Below are positions 1 to 10,174 of a stretch of DNA of 64,000 bases, one piece after another; position 1 is the first letter of the stretch; every line of letters starts with the position of its first letter. The DNA is from Burkholderiales bacterium. Lineage in GTDB: Bacteria; Pseudomonadota; Gammaproteobacteria; Burkholderiales; SG8-39. Made by a program: the position numbers and the translations under genes. The stretch covers positions 1,498 through 65,497 of the forward strand of contig DATLUZ010000019.1 in assembly GCA_035577785.1 (NCBI GenBank). Direction: 5' to 3'. The notes beneath the pieces are model-generated. The model did not search any database, was not told where the DNA came from, and worked only from the letters and a program-made list of their open reading frames with translations.

Positions 1-2782
1 CGACATCGACGGCGCGGCGCGCGACGTGCAGGCGGCGATCAACGCCGCGCGCGGCACGCTGCCGACGAGCCTGCCCGACAACCCGACCTACCGCAAGGTG
101 AACCCGGCCGACGCGCCGATCATGATCATCGGGCTCACCTCCGACACCTATACGCAGGGGCAGATGTACGACGCCGCCTCGACGATCATCGCGCAGAAGC
201 TCTCGCAGGTGAGCGGGGTCGGCCAGGTGACGGTCGGTGGCGGCGCCCTGCCCGCGGTGCGCATCGAGCTCGACCCGGAAGCCGTGAGCAAGTACGGCAT
301 CGCGTTTTCCGACGTGCGCGCCGCCATCAACGCCACCAACGTGAACCGCCCCAAGGGCGCGCTCGACGCGGGCGATCGCCACTGGCAGATCTACGCGAAC
401 GACCAGGCGAGGCGGGCGGCCGACTATGCCCCCATCATCGTGAGCTACCGCAATGGTGCGGCGGTGCGTCTCTCGGACATCGCCGAGGTGGTCGATTCGG
501 TGCAGGACCTGCGCACCGCGGGCTCGGCCAACGGCCGCCCGGCGGTGTTCGTGATCCTCAATCGCCAGCCCGGCGCCAACATCATCGACACCACCGACCG
601 CGTGCGCGAGCTGCTGCCGCTCCTGCGCGCGTCGATCCCGGGCGCGATCAACCTCGAGGTGATGATGGAGCGCACCACGACCATCCGCGCGTCGCTGCGC
701 GAGGTCGAGCTCGCGCTCGCGATCGCGATCGGCCTGGTGATCGTGGTGGTCCTCGTCTTCCTGCGCAACCTGCGCGCGACGCTGATCCCGGCGGTGGCGG
801 TGCCGGTCTCGCTGATCGCCAGTTTCGGCGTCATGTACCTGGCGGGCTTCAGCATCAACAACCTGTCGCTGATGGCGCTCACCATCGCCACCGGCTTCGT
901 GGTCGACGACGCGGTGGTGGTGCTGGAGAACGTGTCGCGCCACATCGAGGAAGGGATGGCGCCGATGCAGGCGGCGCTGCGCGGAGCGCGCGAGGTCGGC
1001 TTCACGGTGCTGTCGATGAGCCTGTCGCTCATCGCGGTGTTCATTCCCATCCTCCTGATGGGCGGCATCGTCGGGCGACTGTTCCGCGAGTTCTCGGTCA
1101 CCCTGGCGGTGGCGATCCTGGTGTCGCTGCTGATCTCGCTTACCACCACGCCGATGATGTGCGCGCGCCTGCTTAAGCCTCGTTCATGCCCGCGACCGGA
1201 GGACCACGGCCGGTGGAGCGGGTGGTTCGACGCGATGCACTCCGGCTACCGCGTGAGCCTGGGGTGGTCGCTGCGCCACCCGCTGCTCATCCTGCTCGTC
1301 CTGCTCGCGACCATCGGGCTCAACGTCTACCTTTACGCCAAGGTGCAGAAAGGCTTCTTCCCGCAGCAGGACACCGGCCGCCTGATCGGCTTCATCCGCG
1401 CCGACCAGGGCATCTCGTTCCAGGCGATGCGCGCCAAGCTTGCCGCGTTCGTCGACATCGTGAAGAGCGATCCCGCGGTCGACAACGTGATCGCCTTCAC
1501 CGGCGGCGGCCAGAGGAACCGCGGCTCGATGTTCATCGCGCTGAAGCCGCTCGCCGAGCGGGGCGTGCCGGCCGCCCAGGTGATCACCCGGCTGCGCATC
1601 AAGCTCGCCCAGGAGCCCGGCGCGCAGCTCTTCCTCAACCCCGTGCAGGACATCCGCGTCGGCGGACGGCTCTCCGACGCGACTTACCAGTTCACGCTAC
1701 AGGCCGACGAGCTCGAGGACCTGCGCCGCTGGACGCCTCGCCTCGAGGCGGAGGTGCGCCGTCTGCCCGAGCTCGCCGACGTGAACACCGACCAGGAGGC
1801 GCGCGGCCTGCAGACCACGCTCGTGCTTGACCGCGAGAGCGCGGCGCGTCTCGGCATCAACACCAACCAGATCGATTCCGCGCTCAATCTGGCCTTCGGA
1901 CAGTCGCTGGTGTCGACCATCTATGCGGAGCTCAACCAGTACCGCGTGGTGCTCGAGGCCGCGCCCCGCTACTGGCAGAGTCCCGACGGGCTGAACGCGA
2001 TCTGGCTGCTGTCTCCGGCGAAGGGGCTGGTTCCGCTCTCGGCGCTCGCCCATTGGGAGACCACGACCGCCGCGCTCTCGGTGAACCACCAGAGCCAATT
2101 CGTCGCGACCACGCTCTCGTTCAACCTCCCGCCCAACGTGTCGCTGTCGCAGGCGACCGACGCCGTGCAGCAGGCGATGGTGAGGATCGGCATGCCTGCC
2201 ACCATCCACGGCAGCTTCCAGGGCACGGCGCGTGCGTTCCAGCAGTCGCTCGAGAGCCAGCCGTACCTGATCCTCGCCGCGCTGATCGCCGTCTACATCG
2301 TGCTCGGCATCCTGTACGAGAGCTTGGTGCACCCGGTCACGATCCTCTCCACGCTGCCCTCGGCCGGCGTCGGCGCGCTGCTTGCGCTGATGGCCTTCGG
2401 CAAGGACTTCAGCATCATCGCCCTGATCGGCGTGATCCTGCTGATCGGCATCGTGAAGAAGAACGCCATCATGATGATCGACTTCGCGCTCGACATCGAG
2501 CGCCGCCAGGGCAGGCCTCCGGAAGAGGCGATCTTCGAGGCCTGCCTGCTGCGCTTCCGGCCGATCATGATGACGACGATGGCTGCGCTCCTCGGCGCGG
2601 TGCCGCTCGCCATCGGCTTCGGCTACGGGGCGGAGCTGCGCCAGCCGCTCGGCATCTCGATCATCGGCGGGCTGGTCCTTTCCCAACTCCTCACGTTGTA
2701 CACCACGCCGGTGGTCTATCTCGCTCTGGATCGCCTGCGCCTGCGATTCACGAGGCAACCTGCGGCACAGGACGCGGCATGA
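1..2782 (+). CDS. mdtC: RND (HAE1) multidrug efflux permease, MdtC/MdtB-like; 5' end cut by window edge
   Basis: Frame is open from base 2 ([16 protein letters not shown]...). It is collinear with MdtC/AcrB from about residue 105 to the C-terminus. Motifs [38 protein letters not shown] and [11 protein letters not shown] are present. The stop overlaps the next start (ATGA). Confidence 0.9.
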   Translation, partial: DIDGAARDVQAAINAARGTLPTSLPDNPTYRKVNPADAPIMIIGLTSDTYTQGQMYDAASTIIAQKLSQVSGVGQVTVGGGALPAVRIELDPEAVSKYGIAFSDVRAAINATNVNRPKGALDAGDRHWQIYANDQARRAADYAPIIVSYRNGAAVRLSDIAEVVDSVQDLRTAGSANGRPAVFVILNRQPGANIIDTTDRVRELLPLLRASIPGAINLEVMMERTTTIRASLREVELALAIAIGLVIVVVLVFLRNLRATLIPAVAVPVSLIASFGVMYLAGFSINNLSLMALTIATGFVVDDAVVVLENVSRHIEEGMAPMQAALRGAREVGFTVLSMSLSLIAVFIPILLMGGIVGRLFREFSVTLAVAILVSLLISLTTTPMMCARLLKPRSCPRPEDHGRWSGWFDAMHSGYRVSLGWSLRHPLLILLVLLATIGLNVYLYAKVQKGFFPQQDTGRLIGFIRADQGISFQAMRAKLAAFVDIVKSDPAVDNVIAFTGGGQRNRGSMFIALKPLAERGVPAAQVITRLRIKLAQEPGAQLFLNPVQDIRVGGRLSDATYQFTLQADELEDLRRWTPRLEAEVRRLPELADVNTDQEARGLQTTLVLDRESAARLGINTNQIDSALNLAFGQSLVSTIYAELNQYRVVLEAAPRYWQSPDGLNAIWLLSPAKGLVPLSALAHWETTTAALSVNHQSQFVATTLSFNLPPNVSLSQATDAVQQAMVRIGMPATIHGSFQGTARAFQQSLESQPYLILAALIAVYIVLGILYESLVHPVTILSTLPSAGVGALLALMAFGKDFSIIALIGVILLIGIVKKNAIMMIDFALDIERRQGRPPEEAIFEACLLRFRPIMMTTMAALLGAVPLAIGFGYGAELRQPLGISIIGGLVLSQLLTLYTTPVVYLALDRLRLRFTRQPAAQDAA

Positions 2783-4179
2783 AAGCCTGGCCGACGATTC
2801 TCATCGCGATCCTCGCCGGCTGCACCATGGGCCCCGACTACCGGCGCCCGGAGACCCCGCCCGCCGAAGCCTTCAGGGAAACCCCGGAGCCCTGGAAGGT
2901 GGCGCAGCCGCGCGACGACATCGCGCGCGGGAATTGGTGGGAGATCTTTGGCGACCCGCAGCTGAACGACCTCATCACGAAGATCGACGTCTCCAACCAG
3001 ACGCTCGCCGCGTCGGAGGCGCAGTTCCGGCAGACGCTCGCTGCGCTCGGCATCTCGCGCGCGGCCCTCTTTCCGACGCTCGACGCGAACGCCACCGTGG
3101 TGCGCAGCCACTCTCCCGGCAGCACGCTCGGGGGAACCACCGCTGGCAAGACCGTTACCAGCTACGGCGGGCGCTTCACCGCGCAATGGGAACTCGACCT
3201 GTGGGGCCGGGTGCGCCGGAGCGTCGAGGCCGCCGAGGCCGCGGCGCGGGCGAGCTCCGCCGACGTCGGGGCAGCCCGCCTTTCGCTCCAGGCGCAGCTC
3301 GCGACGAGCTACTTCCAGCTGCGCTCCCTCGATGCCCAGGCGAGGCTCCTCGACGACACCGTCGGAGCGCTGAAGAAGTCGCTCGAGCTGACCGAGAACC
3401 GCTATCGCGCCGGCGTCGTCGCGCGCTCCGACGTGGTGCAGGCCGATGCGCAGCTCAAGAGCACTCTGGTGCAGACCGTCGACCTCGGCGTGCAGCGCGC
3501 GCAGCTCGAGCACGCGATCGCCGTGCTGACGGGGGTGCCGCCGGCGCAGCTCAGAATCTCAAACTCCGATTCCTTTGAAACCGCAGTGCCGATCGTTCCG
3601 CCCGGGCTGCCCTCCGCGCTGCTCGAGCGCCGACCCGACGTGGCGGCCGCGGAGCGCAGGGTGCATGCATCGAACGCGCAGATCGGGGTGGCGAAGGCGG
3701 CCTATTTTCCGCAGGTCACGCTCACCGGCGTCTACGGAGCCACCAGTCCAGATGTGTCGCTTTTCTTCGTCGGCGCCAGCCGGACCTGGTCGATCGGCCC
3801 CAGCATCGCGCAGTCGATCTTCGACGCGGGGCTGCGCCGCTCGCAGACCGAGCAGGCGATCGCCGCGTACGACGCGACCGTGGCGAACTACCGCCAGGTC
3901 ACGCTGACCGCGTTTCAGGAAGTCGAGGACAATCTCGCCGCGCTCCGCATTCTCGAGGAGGAGGCGCGCTCCGAGGCGGAAGCGGTGGAGGCGGCGCGCC
4001 TGTCGCTGTCGCTGGTGCTCAACCAGTACAAGGCCGGCACGGTGAGCTTTCTCAACGTGGTGACGGCGCAGACGGCGCTTCTCAACGAGGAGCGTAACGC
4101 CGTCGGCATCCAGGTGCGGCGGCTCGCCGCGGTGGTCGCCCTGATCCGGGCGCTCGGCGGCGGCTGGCACGAAGGCTAG
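2779..4179 (+). CDS. efflux outer-membrane factor lipoprotein, NodT family
   Basis: ATG 2779 overlaps the pump stop. Signal peptide plus lipobox ([15 protein letters not shown]). GPDYRRPE marks the start of the mature protein. Duplicated TolC/OEP-type repeats. Confidence 0.9.
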   Translation: MKAWPTILIAILAGCTMGPDYRRPETPPAEAFRETPEPWKVAQPRDDIARGNWWEIFGDPQLNDLITKIDVSNQTLAASEAQFRQTLAALGISRAALFPTLDANATVVRSHSPGSTLGGTTAGKTVTSYGGRFTAQWELDLWGRVRRSVEAAEAAARASSADVGAARLSLQAQLATSYFQLRSLDAQARLLDDTVGALKKSLELTENRYRAGVVARSDVVQADAQLKSTLVQTVDLGVQRAQLEHAIAVLTGVPPAQLRISNSDSFETAVPIVPPGLPSALLERRPDVAAAERRVHASNAQIGVAKAAYFPQVTLTGVYGATSPDVSLFFVGASRTWSIGPSIAQSIFDAGLRRSQTEQAIAAYDATVANYRQVTLTAFQEVEDNLAALRILEEEARSEAEAVEAARLSLSLVLNQYKAGTVSFLNVVTAQTALLNEERNAVGIQVRRLAAVVALIRALGGGWHEG

Positions 4180-4232
4180 TCGAAAGCTCGGGGTCAGCGT
4201 TGCGCAATGAGGGTGGCCGATCATCCGTCCCC

Positions 4233-4802
4233 ATGAAACCCATTCTTCTCGCTGTTCTAATGATGGTGATGGTGAGCGCCCAGGCGCAGCATCGCGAGTT
4301 TTCGCGCGAGCGTTTCCACACTTCGCACTGGGTGTACGACGATCGGTTCCACCACAACCACTATTACCCGGCGCTCGGTTACTCGATCGCCGTGCTGCCG
4401 CCGGGCAACGTGGCGGTCAGCTTCCGCGGCGGCCGCTTCTGGTTCCATTCCGGCGTGTGGTATCAGCAAGCGGGTCCGACCTATGTGGTCGTCAGGCCGC
4501 CGGTCGGGATCGTGGTTCCGGTGCTGCCGCCGGGGTATACGACGGTTTGGGTCGGCGGCTTCCCGTACTACTACGCAAACGACGTGTATTACAGCAACGC
4601 GCCCGCAGGCGGCTACGTTGTGGCCAACCCGCCGACCGAGGAAGTGGTCGCGCCTGGACCGGCGCCGGTGCCGCAGGCCGCAGCGCCGCAGCCCCAGGCT
4701 GCGAACTGGTATTACTGCGAATCGTCGAAGAACTACTACCCCTACGTGACCGAGTGCAAGGAGGGCTGGCGCCAGGTGCCGGCCACTCCGCCCCAGAAAT
4801 AG
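4233..4802 (+). CDS. secreted Tyr/Pro/Val-rich hypothetical protein with C-terminal two-Cys YYPYV motif
   Basis: Internal ATG 4233 gives a clean signal peptide (MKPILLAVLMMVMVSAQA). Third codon positions are GC-rich like the host. The C-terminus reads WYYCESSKNYYPYVTECKEGWRQVP. Confidence 0.7.
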   Translation: MKPILLAVLMMVMVSAQAQHREFSRERFHTSHWVYDDRFHHNHYYPALGYSIAVLPPGNVAVSFRGGRFWFHSGVWYQQAGPTYVVVRPPVGIVVPVLPPGYTTVWVGGFPYYYANDVYYSNAPAGGYVVANPPTEEVVAPGPAPVPQAAAPQPQAANWYYCESSKNYYPYVTECKEGWRQVPATPPQK

Positions 4803-4812
4803 ACGAGAAAAA

Positions 4813-6141
4813 TCAGGCGAGCGGCAGCTCGATCTTCACGACAAGCCCGCCGCCCTCCCGGTTGTGTGCGCTGATGTGCCCGCCGTGCGCCAGCACCGCG
4901 CGCCGCGCGATGGCGAGCCCCAGCCCGAATCCCTTCACGGTGTCGCCGCTGATGCGATAGAAGGGCTCGAACACGCGCTCCAGCTCGGCCGGCGGAATGC
5001 CGGGTCCGCGATCCGACACGACGAACGCCGCTCGCGCGCCGGCCATGTGCAGGTCGAGCTCGACCTCGGTGCCGGCCGCCGTGTACTTCACCGCGTTGCG
5101 CACGATGTTCTCGACCGCGCGATGCAGGAGCTCGCTGTGCCCGCGCGCCAGCAGCTTGTCGACCGATCGCAGCGCCAGCCCGCGCCCGAGCGCCTGCGCC
5201 TCGAAGCGCGCGTCCTCGGCGACGTCGGCGACCAGGTCGGCGAGGTCCACCGTCTCGACCGCCGCCTCGGGCGCGCCGCTTTCCAGCCGGGCGAGCGTCA
5301 GCGCTTCGCCTAGCAGCTCGTCCAGCCGCGTCGCCTCGCGCTCGATGCGCTCGAGCGAGGCCTCGAGCTTGTCGGGGTTCTGGCGCGCGAGCCCGATCGC
5401 CGCCTGCAGCCGCGCGAGCGGCGAGCGCAGCTCGTGCGACACGTCGTGCATCAGGCGCCTCTGCGCCGCCACCAGGCCCTGCAGCTGCTCCGCCATGCGG
5501 TCGAAGTCGTCGCCGAGGTCGGCGATCTCGTCGCGGCGGCCTTGCATGAGCGGCCGCGCCCGCGTCTCCAGGCGTCCCTCGGCGGCCGCGCCGAACGCCC
5601 ACCGCAGCGCCCGGATGGGCCGCGACAGGTACCAGGCGAGGAGGCCGCTCACCGCGAAGCTCGCGATGCCGACGATCAGCGCGAGCTCCCACGGCGGGGG
5701 CGGAGGCGCCGGGCGCCGCGGCCGGCGCGGCTCGCCTTCGAGCGGGGTGAAGAGAAGATAGCGCTCGCCGCCGGCGGCAGTCACTTCACGGGCTACGCGG
5801 GTACCCTCTTCCGAAGCCGCGAGCTCGCGCGCGCGCGCGAGGGCATTCGTGGGAACGGGGCGATCGAGCAGATCCCGACCCTGCGCGTCGACGGCGAGGA
5901 GCGAAGGCCGCTGCGTGCGGCGCGTCTCCTTCAGCCACTCGCGCAGCGCCTCGACCCCGCCGTGGCGCAGCGTAGCGGAGGCAAGCTCGCCCGCGAGCAT
6001 CGCGCCCGGTCCCTGCGCAAGCTCGGGCTCCGCCGCGCCGAGGGGATGATGCTGCAGCCACACCGCGGTGCCGGTGACCGCCGCGGCCGCGAGCGCGGTG
6101 AGCCAGAAGGCGAAGAAGATCTTCCAGAACAGGCGCCCCAT
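4813..6141 (-). CDS. cpxA: two-component sensor histidine kinase, CpxA-like
   Basis: Two TM helices flank a periplasmic loop of about 130 aa, followed by HAMP. H-box LMHDVSHELRSPLARL, N-box NIVRNAVKYT, G-boxes DRGPGIP and GFGLGLAIA. It lies 3 nt downstream of the regulator gene. Confidence 0.85.
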   Translation of the reverse strand: MGRLFWKIFFAFWLTALAAAAVTGTAVWLQHHPLGAAEPELAQGPGAMLAGELASATLRHGGVEALREWLKETRRTQRPSLLAVDAQGRDLLDRPVPTNALARARELAASEEGTRVAREVTAAGGERYLLFTPLEGEPRRPRRPAPPPPPWELALIVGIASFAVSGLLAWYLSRPIRALRWAFGAAAEGRLETRARPLMQGRRDEIADLGDDFDRMAEQLQGLVAAQRRLMHDVSHELRSPLARLQAAIGLARQNPDKLEASLERIEREATRLDELLGEALTLARLESGAPEAAVETVDLADLVADVAEDARFEAQALGRGLALRSVDKLLARGHSELLHRAVENIVRNAVKYTAAGTEVELDLHMAGARAAFVVSDRGPGIPPAELERVFEPFYRISGDTVKGFGLGLAIARRAVLAHGGHISAHNREGGGLVVKIELPLA

Positions 6142-6144
6142 CGG

Positions 6145-6819
6145 CTATTCCCGCGCGAGGTGATAGCCCTGGCCGCGCACGGTGCGGATCAGCGAGGCGG
6201 CGTCGCCGAGCTTGTGCCGGATGCTGCTCAGGTGCACGTCCACGCTGCGCTCGAAGCGCGCGAGCGGCCGGCCGAGCGCCTGCTCCGAAAGGTCCTTCTT
6301 GCTGACGACGCGGCCGGCGTTGCGCATCAGGACTTCGAGCAGGTTGAACTCCATGCTGGTGAGCTCGATCGGCCGGCCCTGCCATTCGACGCGACGCTTC
6401 TCCGGCCACAGCGCGAGGCCGCTGACGGTGAGCGGTCCTCCGTTCTCCGCGTGCGGCTGCACGCGCCGCAGGATCGCGCGCAGCCGCGCCGCGAGCTCCC
6501 GCGGCGTGCACGGCTTCGCCACATAGTCGTCGGCGCCGAGCTCGAGGCCGATGATGCGGTCCACGTCGTCGCCGCGCGCGGTCAGCATGATGACAGGCAC
6601 CCGGCTTGCCTGCCGGATGCGGCGCAGCGCTTCGACGCCGTCGATGCGCGGCATCATGACGTCGAGCACCACGATCTGGTAGGCGCCCCCGGCCGCGAGG
6701 CGGGCGGCGCTCTCGCCGTCGTGCACCGCGGTCACGGCGAACCCCTCCCGCTCGAGGTACTCCGCGAGCATGTCGGAGAGCTCGATGTCGTCGTCCGCGA
6801 GGAGGACCGCCGTCGTCAC
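6145..6819 (-). CDS. cpxR: OmpR-family response regulator, CpxR-like
   Basis: Receiver motifs LLADDD, LDVMMP and PVIMLTARG. Winged-helix output (ERSVDVHLSSIRHKL, VRGQGYHL) closely tracks E. coli CpxR. A divergent LTXXQ gene and a CpxR-type box are adjacent. Confidence 0.8.
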   Translation of the reverse strand: MTTAVLLADDDIELSDMLAEYLEREGFAVTAVHDGESAARLAAGGAYQIVVLDVMMPRIDGVEALRRIRQASRVPVIMLTARGDDVDRIIGLELGADDYVAKPCTPRELAARLRAILRRVQPHAENGGPLTVSGLALWPEKRRVEWQGRPIELTSMEFNLLEVLMRNAGRVVSKKDLSEQALGRPLARFERSVDVHLSSIRHKLGDAASLIRTVRGQGYHLARE

Positions 6820-6858
6820 GGCGCGATGATACTAAGCGGTTACTTCGGTCAGCGCCTC

Positions 6859-6873
6859 TTTACCCAGATTTAC
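6859..6873. promoter_or_regulatory. CpxR-box-like direct repeat TTTAC-N5-TTTAC (GTAAA-N5-GTAAA on the minus strand)
   Basis: Exact match TTTACCCAGATTTAC in the 132-nt divergent intergenic region between cpxR (ATG at 6819) and the LTXXQ gene (ATG at 6952). Confidence 0.55.
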
Positions 6874-6951
6874 CGCCTGCTTACGCACCTTTGGAGGCCG
6901 CGGGACGAAACTCCGCAGGGGCGCAGCGGCCCGCCGATCAGGGGACGATCC

Positions 6952-7263
6952 ATGCGTGAGCACATCAAGGCTTTCCTGCTGGCAAGCAGCCTCGCCTTCG
7001 GCATTGCTGCCTTCGTCGAAGCCGATCCGCTCGAGCGCGCTCCGGACGGGGCTCACGAGATGAGGGCCATGCGATGGCTGCGGCGCCTCGACCTGAGCGG
7101 GGCGCAGCGCGACCAGATCTTCAGCATCTTGCACAGCCTCGTCGAGGCCGAGGCCGACGCGCACTCCGAGCTGACCTCGATGCGCGCCGAGACCCTGAGC
7201 CGCGTCGCGGCGATCCTCACGCCCGCACAGCGCGAGAAGCTGGCGCTGTTTCATCTGCATTAA
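6952..7263 (+). CDS. periplasmic Spy/CpxP-family (LTXXQ motif) protein
   Basis: The last 103 aa of a spurious 609-aa ORF. Signal peptide MREHIKAFLLASSLAFGIAAF. Two LTXXQ-type motifs (LSGAQRDQI, LTPAQREKL). Divergent from cpxRA, as cpxP is in enterobacteria. Confidence 0.75.
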   Translation: MREHIKAFLLASSLAFGIAAFVEADPLERAPDGAHEMRAMRWLRRLDLSGAQRDQIFSILHSLVEAEADAHSELTSMRAETLSRVAAILTPAQREKLALFHLH

Positions 7264-7277
7264 ACGGCAACAAACGG

Positions 7278-7292
7278 ATTACGCGACTTTAC
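7278..7292. promoter_or_regulatory. possible second CpxR-type box ATTAC-N5-TTTAC, with a further TTTAC at 7309-7313
   Basis: ATTACGCGACTTTAC lies 74-88 nt upstream of the OMP gene start (7366). It has one mismatch to TTTAC-N5-TTTAC. Confidence 0.3.
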
Positions 7293-7365
7293 CTCGGGCT
7301 GACCGCGCTTTACGCGCCCCCGGTCCAAGCTTCGCGCCGGGTAATCCAGCCCACCATAGAAAGGG

Positions 7366-7926
7366 ATGATCATGCTGAAAAGGCTCATGGTTGCAGCATC
7401 ACTCGCGCTCGGCGCGTCCGGAGCGTACGCGCAGCACGCGCAGGAAGCCGGCTGGTACGGCGGGATCGACGTCGGCGGCAGCCATCTTTCCGGAGTCAAC
7501 ACGGACTCGCTCGACTCGTTCGACAAAAGCGACACCGCCTTCGACGTAAACCTCGGCTACCGGCTTAACCGCAACTTCGCGGTCGAGGGCGCCTATACCG
7601 ATCTCGGCAAGTTTCATTTCAGCTCCGCCGCTCTGGGCGACGGCGATGTGAAGCCGACGGCGGTCTCGCTTTCGGCGGTCGGCATTCTGCCGCTGCAGTC
7701 GAGCTTCTCGCTCTACGGCAAGGCCGGCATAGCGCACACCGAAACCAAGGCCCTCGGTGCGTCCGACACGAAGGATGGCCTGCTCGCCGGCGCCGGCGTG
7801 ATGTACGACTTCAACCGCAACGTCTACGCCAAGGCGGGCTGGGACCACTTCGACGATGTCGGCAACGACGCTGTCGGCAAGGGCCACGCCGATCTCTATT
7901 CGCTGGGCGTCGGCTACCGCTTCTGA
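7366..7926 (+). CDS. small outer-membrane beta-barrel protein (OmpA-like/OmpW-like 8-strand type)
   Basis: Signal peptide ending AYAQ, alternating hydrophobic strands, and a terminal GVGYRF aromatic OMP signature. Confidence 0.8.
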   Translation: MIMLKRLMVAASLALGASGAYAQHAQEAGWYGGIDVGGSHLSGVNTDSLDSFDKSDTAFDVNLGYRLNRNFAVEGAYTDLGKFHFSSAALGDGDVKPTAVSLSAVGILPLQSSFSLYGKAGIAHTETKALGASDTKDGLLAGAGVMYDFNRNVYAKAGWDHFDDVGNDAVGKGHADLYSLGVGYRF

Positions 7927-9116
7927 GGCTTGAGCTTTGTTTCCACGGCCCGGACGAAGAAAGCGGCACCGTACGCCAACGCGGCGTCGTTGAAATCGTA
8001 GCCCGGGTTGTGGACCTCGCAGGCGCCCTCGCCGTCGCCGTTTCCGATGTTGATGTAGCAGCCCGGCACCTCCGCGAGCATGTACGAGAAATCCTCCGAG
8101 GCCATGATGAGCGGCGGGTCGCGCCGCACCTTGTCCGAGCCGACGAGTTCGGCGCAGATCCCGGCGGCGAACTCGGCCGCCGCGGGATCGTTGATGAGCG
8201 GCGGAAAGATCGGACGGAAATCGGTCTTCGCGCCCGCGCCGAAGCCGGCCGCCACGCCCTGCGCGATGCGCGCGAGGTTGCGGCCGATCATCTCCATCAC
8301 CTCGGTTGAAAAAGCCCTCACCGTGCCCGAGAGGCGCGCGCTCTGCGGGATCACATTGTAGGCGTCGCCGGCATGGATCTGCGTCACGGAGACCACCGCG
8401 GTCTCTATGGGGCGCACGTTTCTCGAGACGATGCTCTGGATCGCGGTCGCGATGTGCGCGGCCGCGAGCACAGGATCGATGCCGGACTCCGGCCGCGCGC
8501 CGTGCGCGCCGCGGCCCGCGACGTCGATGTCGAAGAAGGCGCCGCCCGCCATCATGGGCCCGGAGCGCACCGCGAAGCGCCCGAGCCCCATGCCCGGGCG
8601 GTTGTGCATGCCGAAGAGCGCCTCGCACGGGAAGCGGCGGAAGAGGCCGTCCTCGACCATCGCCTTGGCGCCGCCGATCCCTTCCTCGGCGGGCTGGAAG
8701 ATGAAATGCACCGTGCCGTCGAAACCGCGCGTGCGCGCAAGGTGCTGCGCCGCGCCCAGCAGCATCGCGGTGTGGCCGTCATGCCCGCACGCGTGCATCA
8801 CGCCCTCGTTGCGCGAGCGGTAGGCGAACGTGTTCGCTTCCTGGATCGGCAGCGCGTCCATGTCCGCGCGCAGCCCGATGCTCCCTGGCGATTGACCGTT
8901 CTTCAGGACACCCACTACACCTGTCTTGCCGATTCCCCGATGCACCTCGATGCCGAACGACTCGAGCCGCGCCGCCACCAGCTCCGAAGTTCTTTTCTCG
9001 TGGAAGCCGAGCTCCGGATGCGCGTGAATATCGCGCCGCCACTCGCGCATCTCCTCCTGGTTCTCAAAAAAGGGGGCGAGATGAAGGCTATTCAGGACGG
9101 AGTCTGATTGATTCAT
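7914..9116 (-). CDS. M20/M25/M40 amidohydrolase (hippurate hydrolase / N-acyl-amino-acid amidohydrolase type)
   Basis: Real start is MNQSDS at 9116; the upstream part of the 528-aa ORF is Arg-rich junk. Motifs IHAHPELGFHE, MHACGHDGH and IFQPAEEG. Confidence 0.85.
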   Translation of the reverse strand: MNQSDSVLNSLHLAPFFENQEEMREWRRDIHAHPELGFHEKRTSELVAARLESFGIEVHRGIGKTGVVGVLKNGQSPGSIGLRADMDALPIQEANTFAYRSRNEGVMHACGHDGHTAMLLGAAQHLARTRGFDGTVHFIFQPAEEGIGGAKAMVEDGLFRRFPCEALFGMHNRPGMGLGRFAVRSGPMMAGGAFFDIDVAGRGAHGARPESGIDPVLAAAHIATAIQSIVSRNVRPIETAVVSVTQIHAGDAYNVIPQSARLSGTVRAFSTEVMEMIGRNLARIAQGVAAGFGAGAKTDFRPIFPPLINDPAAAEFAAGICAELVGSDKVRRDPPLIMASEDFSYMLAEVPGCYINIGNGDGEGACEVHNPGYDFNDAALAYGAAFFVRAVETKLKPQKR

Positions 9117-10174
9117 GGATGAACGTCCTCGGAAAACCACTCGTCGGGCAATTCGGTTCCGATCTTCATCTGCCTCGCCTTGGCGAGGACCGCGGCGCCC
9201 GCGGCGGCGAACTGCAGGCCGGTGCCGACGTTGTTGGCGAAACAGGTGATCTCCGCGTCCTCGCGCCGCGCCGGCGCCTTGCCCGTAAGGAGGTCGCCGA
9301 GATCGGGGTAGCGGTGCGCCGGGTCCTTCCACCAGCCCTCGTCGTTCTCCTTCCTGACGTTCGACGTGCCCGGCATTACATTGCTGATCTGCTTCGCCTG
9401 CTGGCGGTTGTGCACGAACACGCGCTCGCAGCGGCCGAGCACCTCGGCGTCGATTTCCTGCACCTTGATGCAGCCCACATGCATGCCCGGCCTGAGCCAC
9501 TTCGGCTCGATCACGCGCACCATGGAGGAGGTGGCGGCGAGGATCACGTCGGCGCCTTTGACGCAGTCCTCTGCCGAGTCGACCGTCCTGACGTTCTCGT
9601 ATTGGGCAGCAAATGCGTCGCGGCTTTCCGCTCTTGGACTGAAGACTCGGACTTCGTTGAAACGGCGAACTGCGCGCGCCGCCATGAGCTGGGCGCCCGC
9701 CTGCCAGCCGGTGCCGATCAGGGCGAGGGTGGAAACGTCCTCGCGCGCGAGGTGCTTGAGGGCGAGCCCGCTCGCCGCGCCGACGCGCAGGCGCTGCATC
9801 ACGCCGTCCGGGAACATCGCCAGCAACGCGCCGGTGTCGGTGCTGAAAAGGAGCACCAGGCCGACCCAGCGGCCCTTGCCGTCCGGTCCCGGGGCGAGCG
9901 GCTGCTTCACCCGGCGGGGCTTGCCGGCCACGAGCGGGTGCGTCACCACGTCGGAGTTAATGCGCAGCGCGTGGATCTTGCGCGCCGGCCAGGTGCCGCC
10001 CATGTGCTTGAAGCCGTAGTAGCCGCCGGTATGCGCCGTTGGCGAGATGTTGTCCACGCGCGGCGAGAGCAGGGTCTGGCCGTTCGCGTAGTCCCGGTAC
10101 ATGGGCTCGAGCGCGGCCATGCAGTCCTCGATGCTGAGGAGCTGCGCGACCTCGTCGTTCGTCAGGACGAGCAT
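9113..10174 (-). CDS. ornithine cyclodeaminase / mu-crystallin family protein
   Basis: Start MLVLTNDEV at 10174. Rossmann segment LALIGTGWQAGAQL. Its stop overlaps the downstream amidohydrolase start (ATGA). Confidence 0.8.
   Translation of the reverse strand: MLVLTNDEVAQLLSIEDCMAALEPMYRDYANGQTLLSPRVDNISPTAHTGGYYGFKHMGGTWPARKIHALRINSDVVTHPLVAGKPRRVKQPLAPGPDGKGRWVGLVLLFSTDTGALLAMFPDGVMQRLRVGAASGLALKHLAREDVSTLALIGTGWQAGAQLMAARAVRRFNEVRVFSPRAESRDAFAAQYENVRTVDSAEDCVKGADVILAATSSMVRVIEPKWLRPGMHVGCIKVQEIDAEVLGRCERVFVHNRQQAKQISNVMPGTSNVRKENDEGWWKDPAHRYPDLGDLLTGKAPARREDAEITCFANNVGTGLQFAAAGAAVLAKARQMKIGTELPDEWFSEDVHP

Noticed and set aside
5434-7263. 609-aa ORF on the plus strand spanning the cpxA/cpxR region
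   Set aside because: Most of it is antisense to two motif-supported genes and is Arg/Ala/Gly/Pro-rich, typical of high-GC shadow ORFs. Only the last 103 aa (6952-7263) form a plausible LTXXQ protein.
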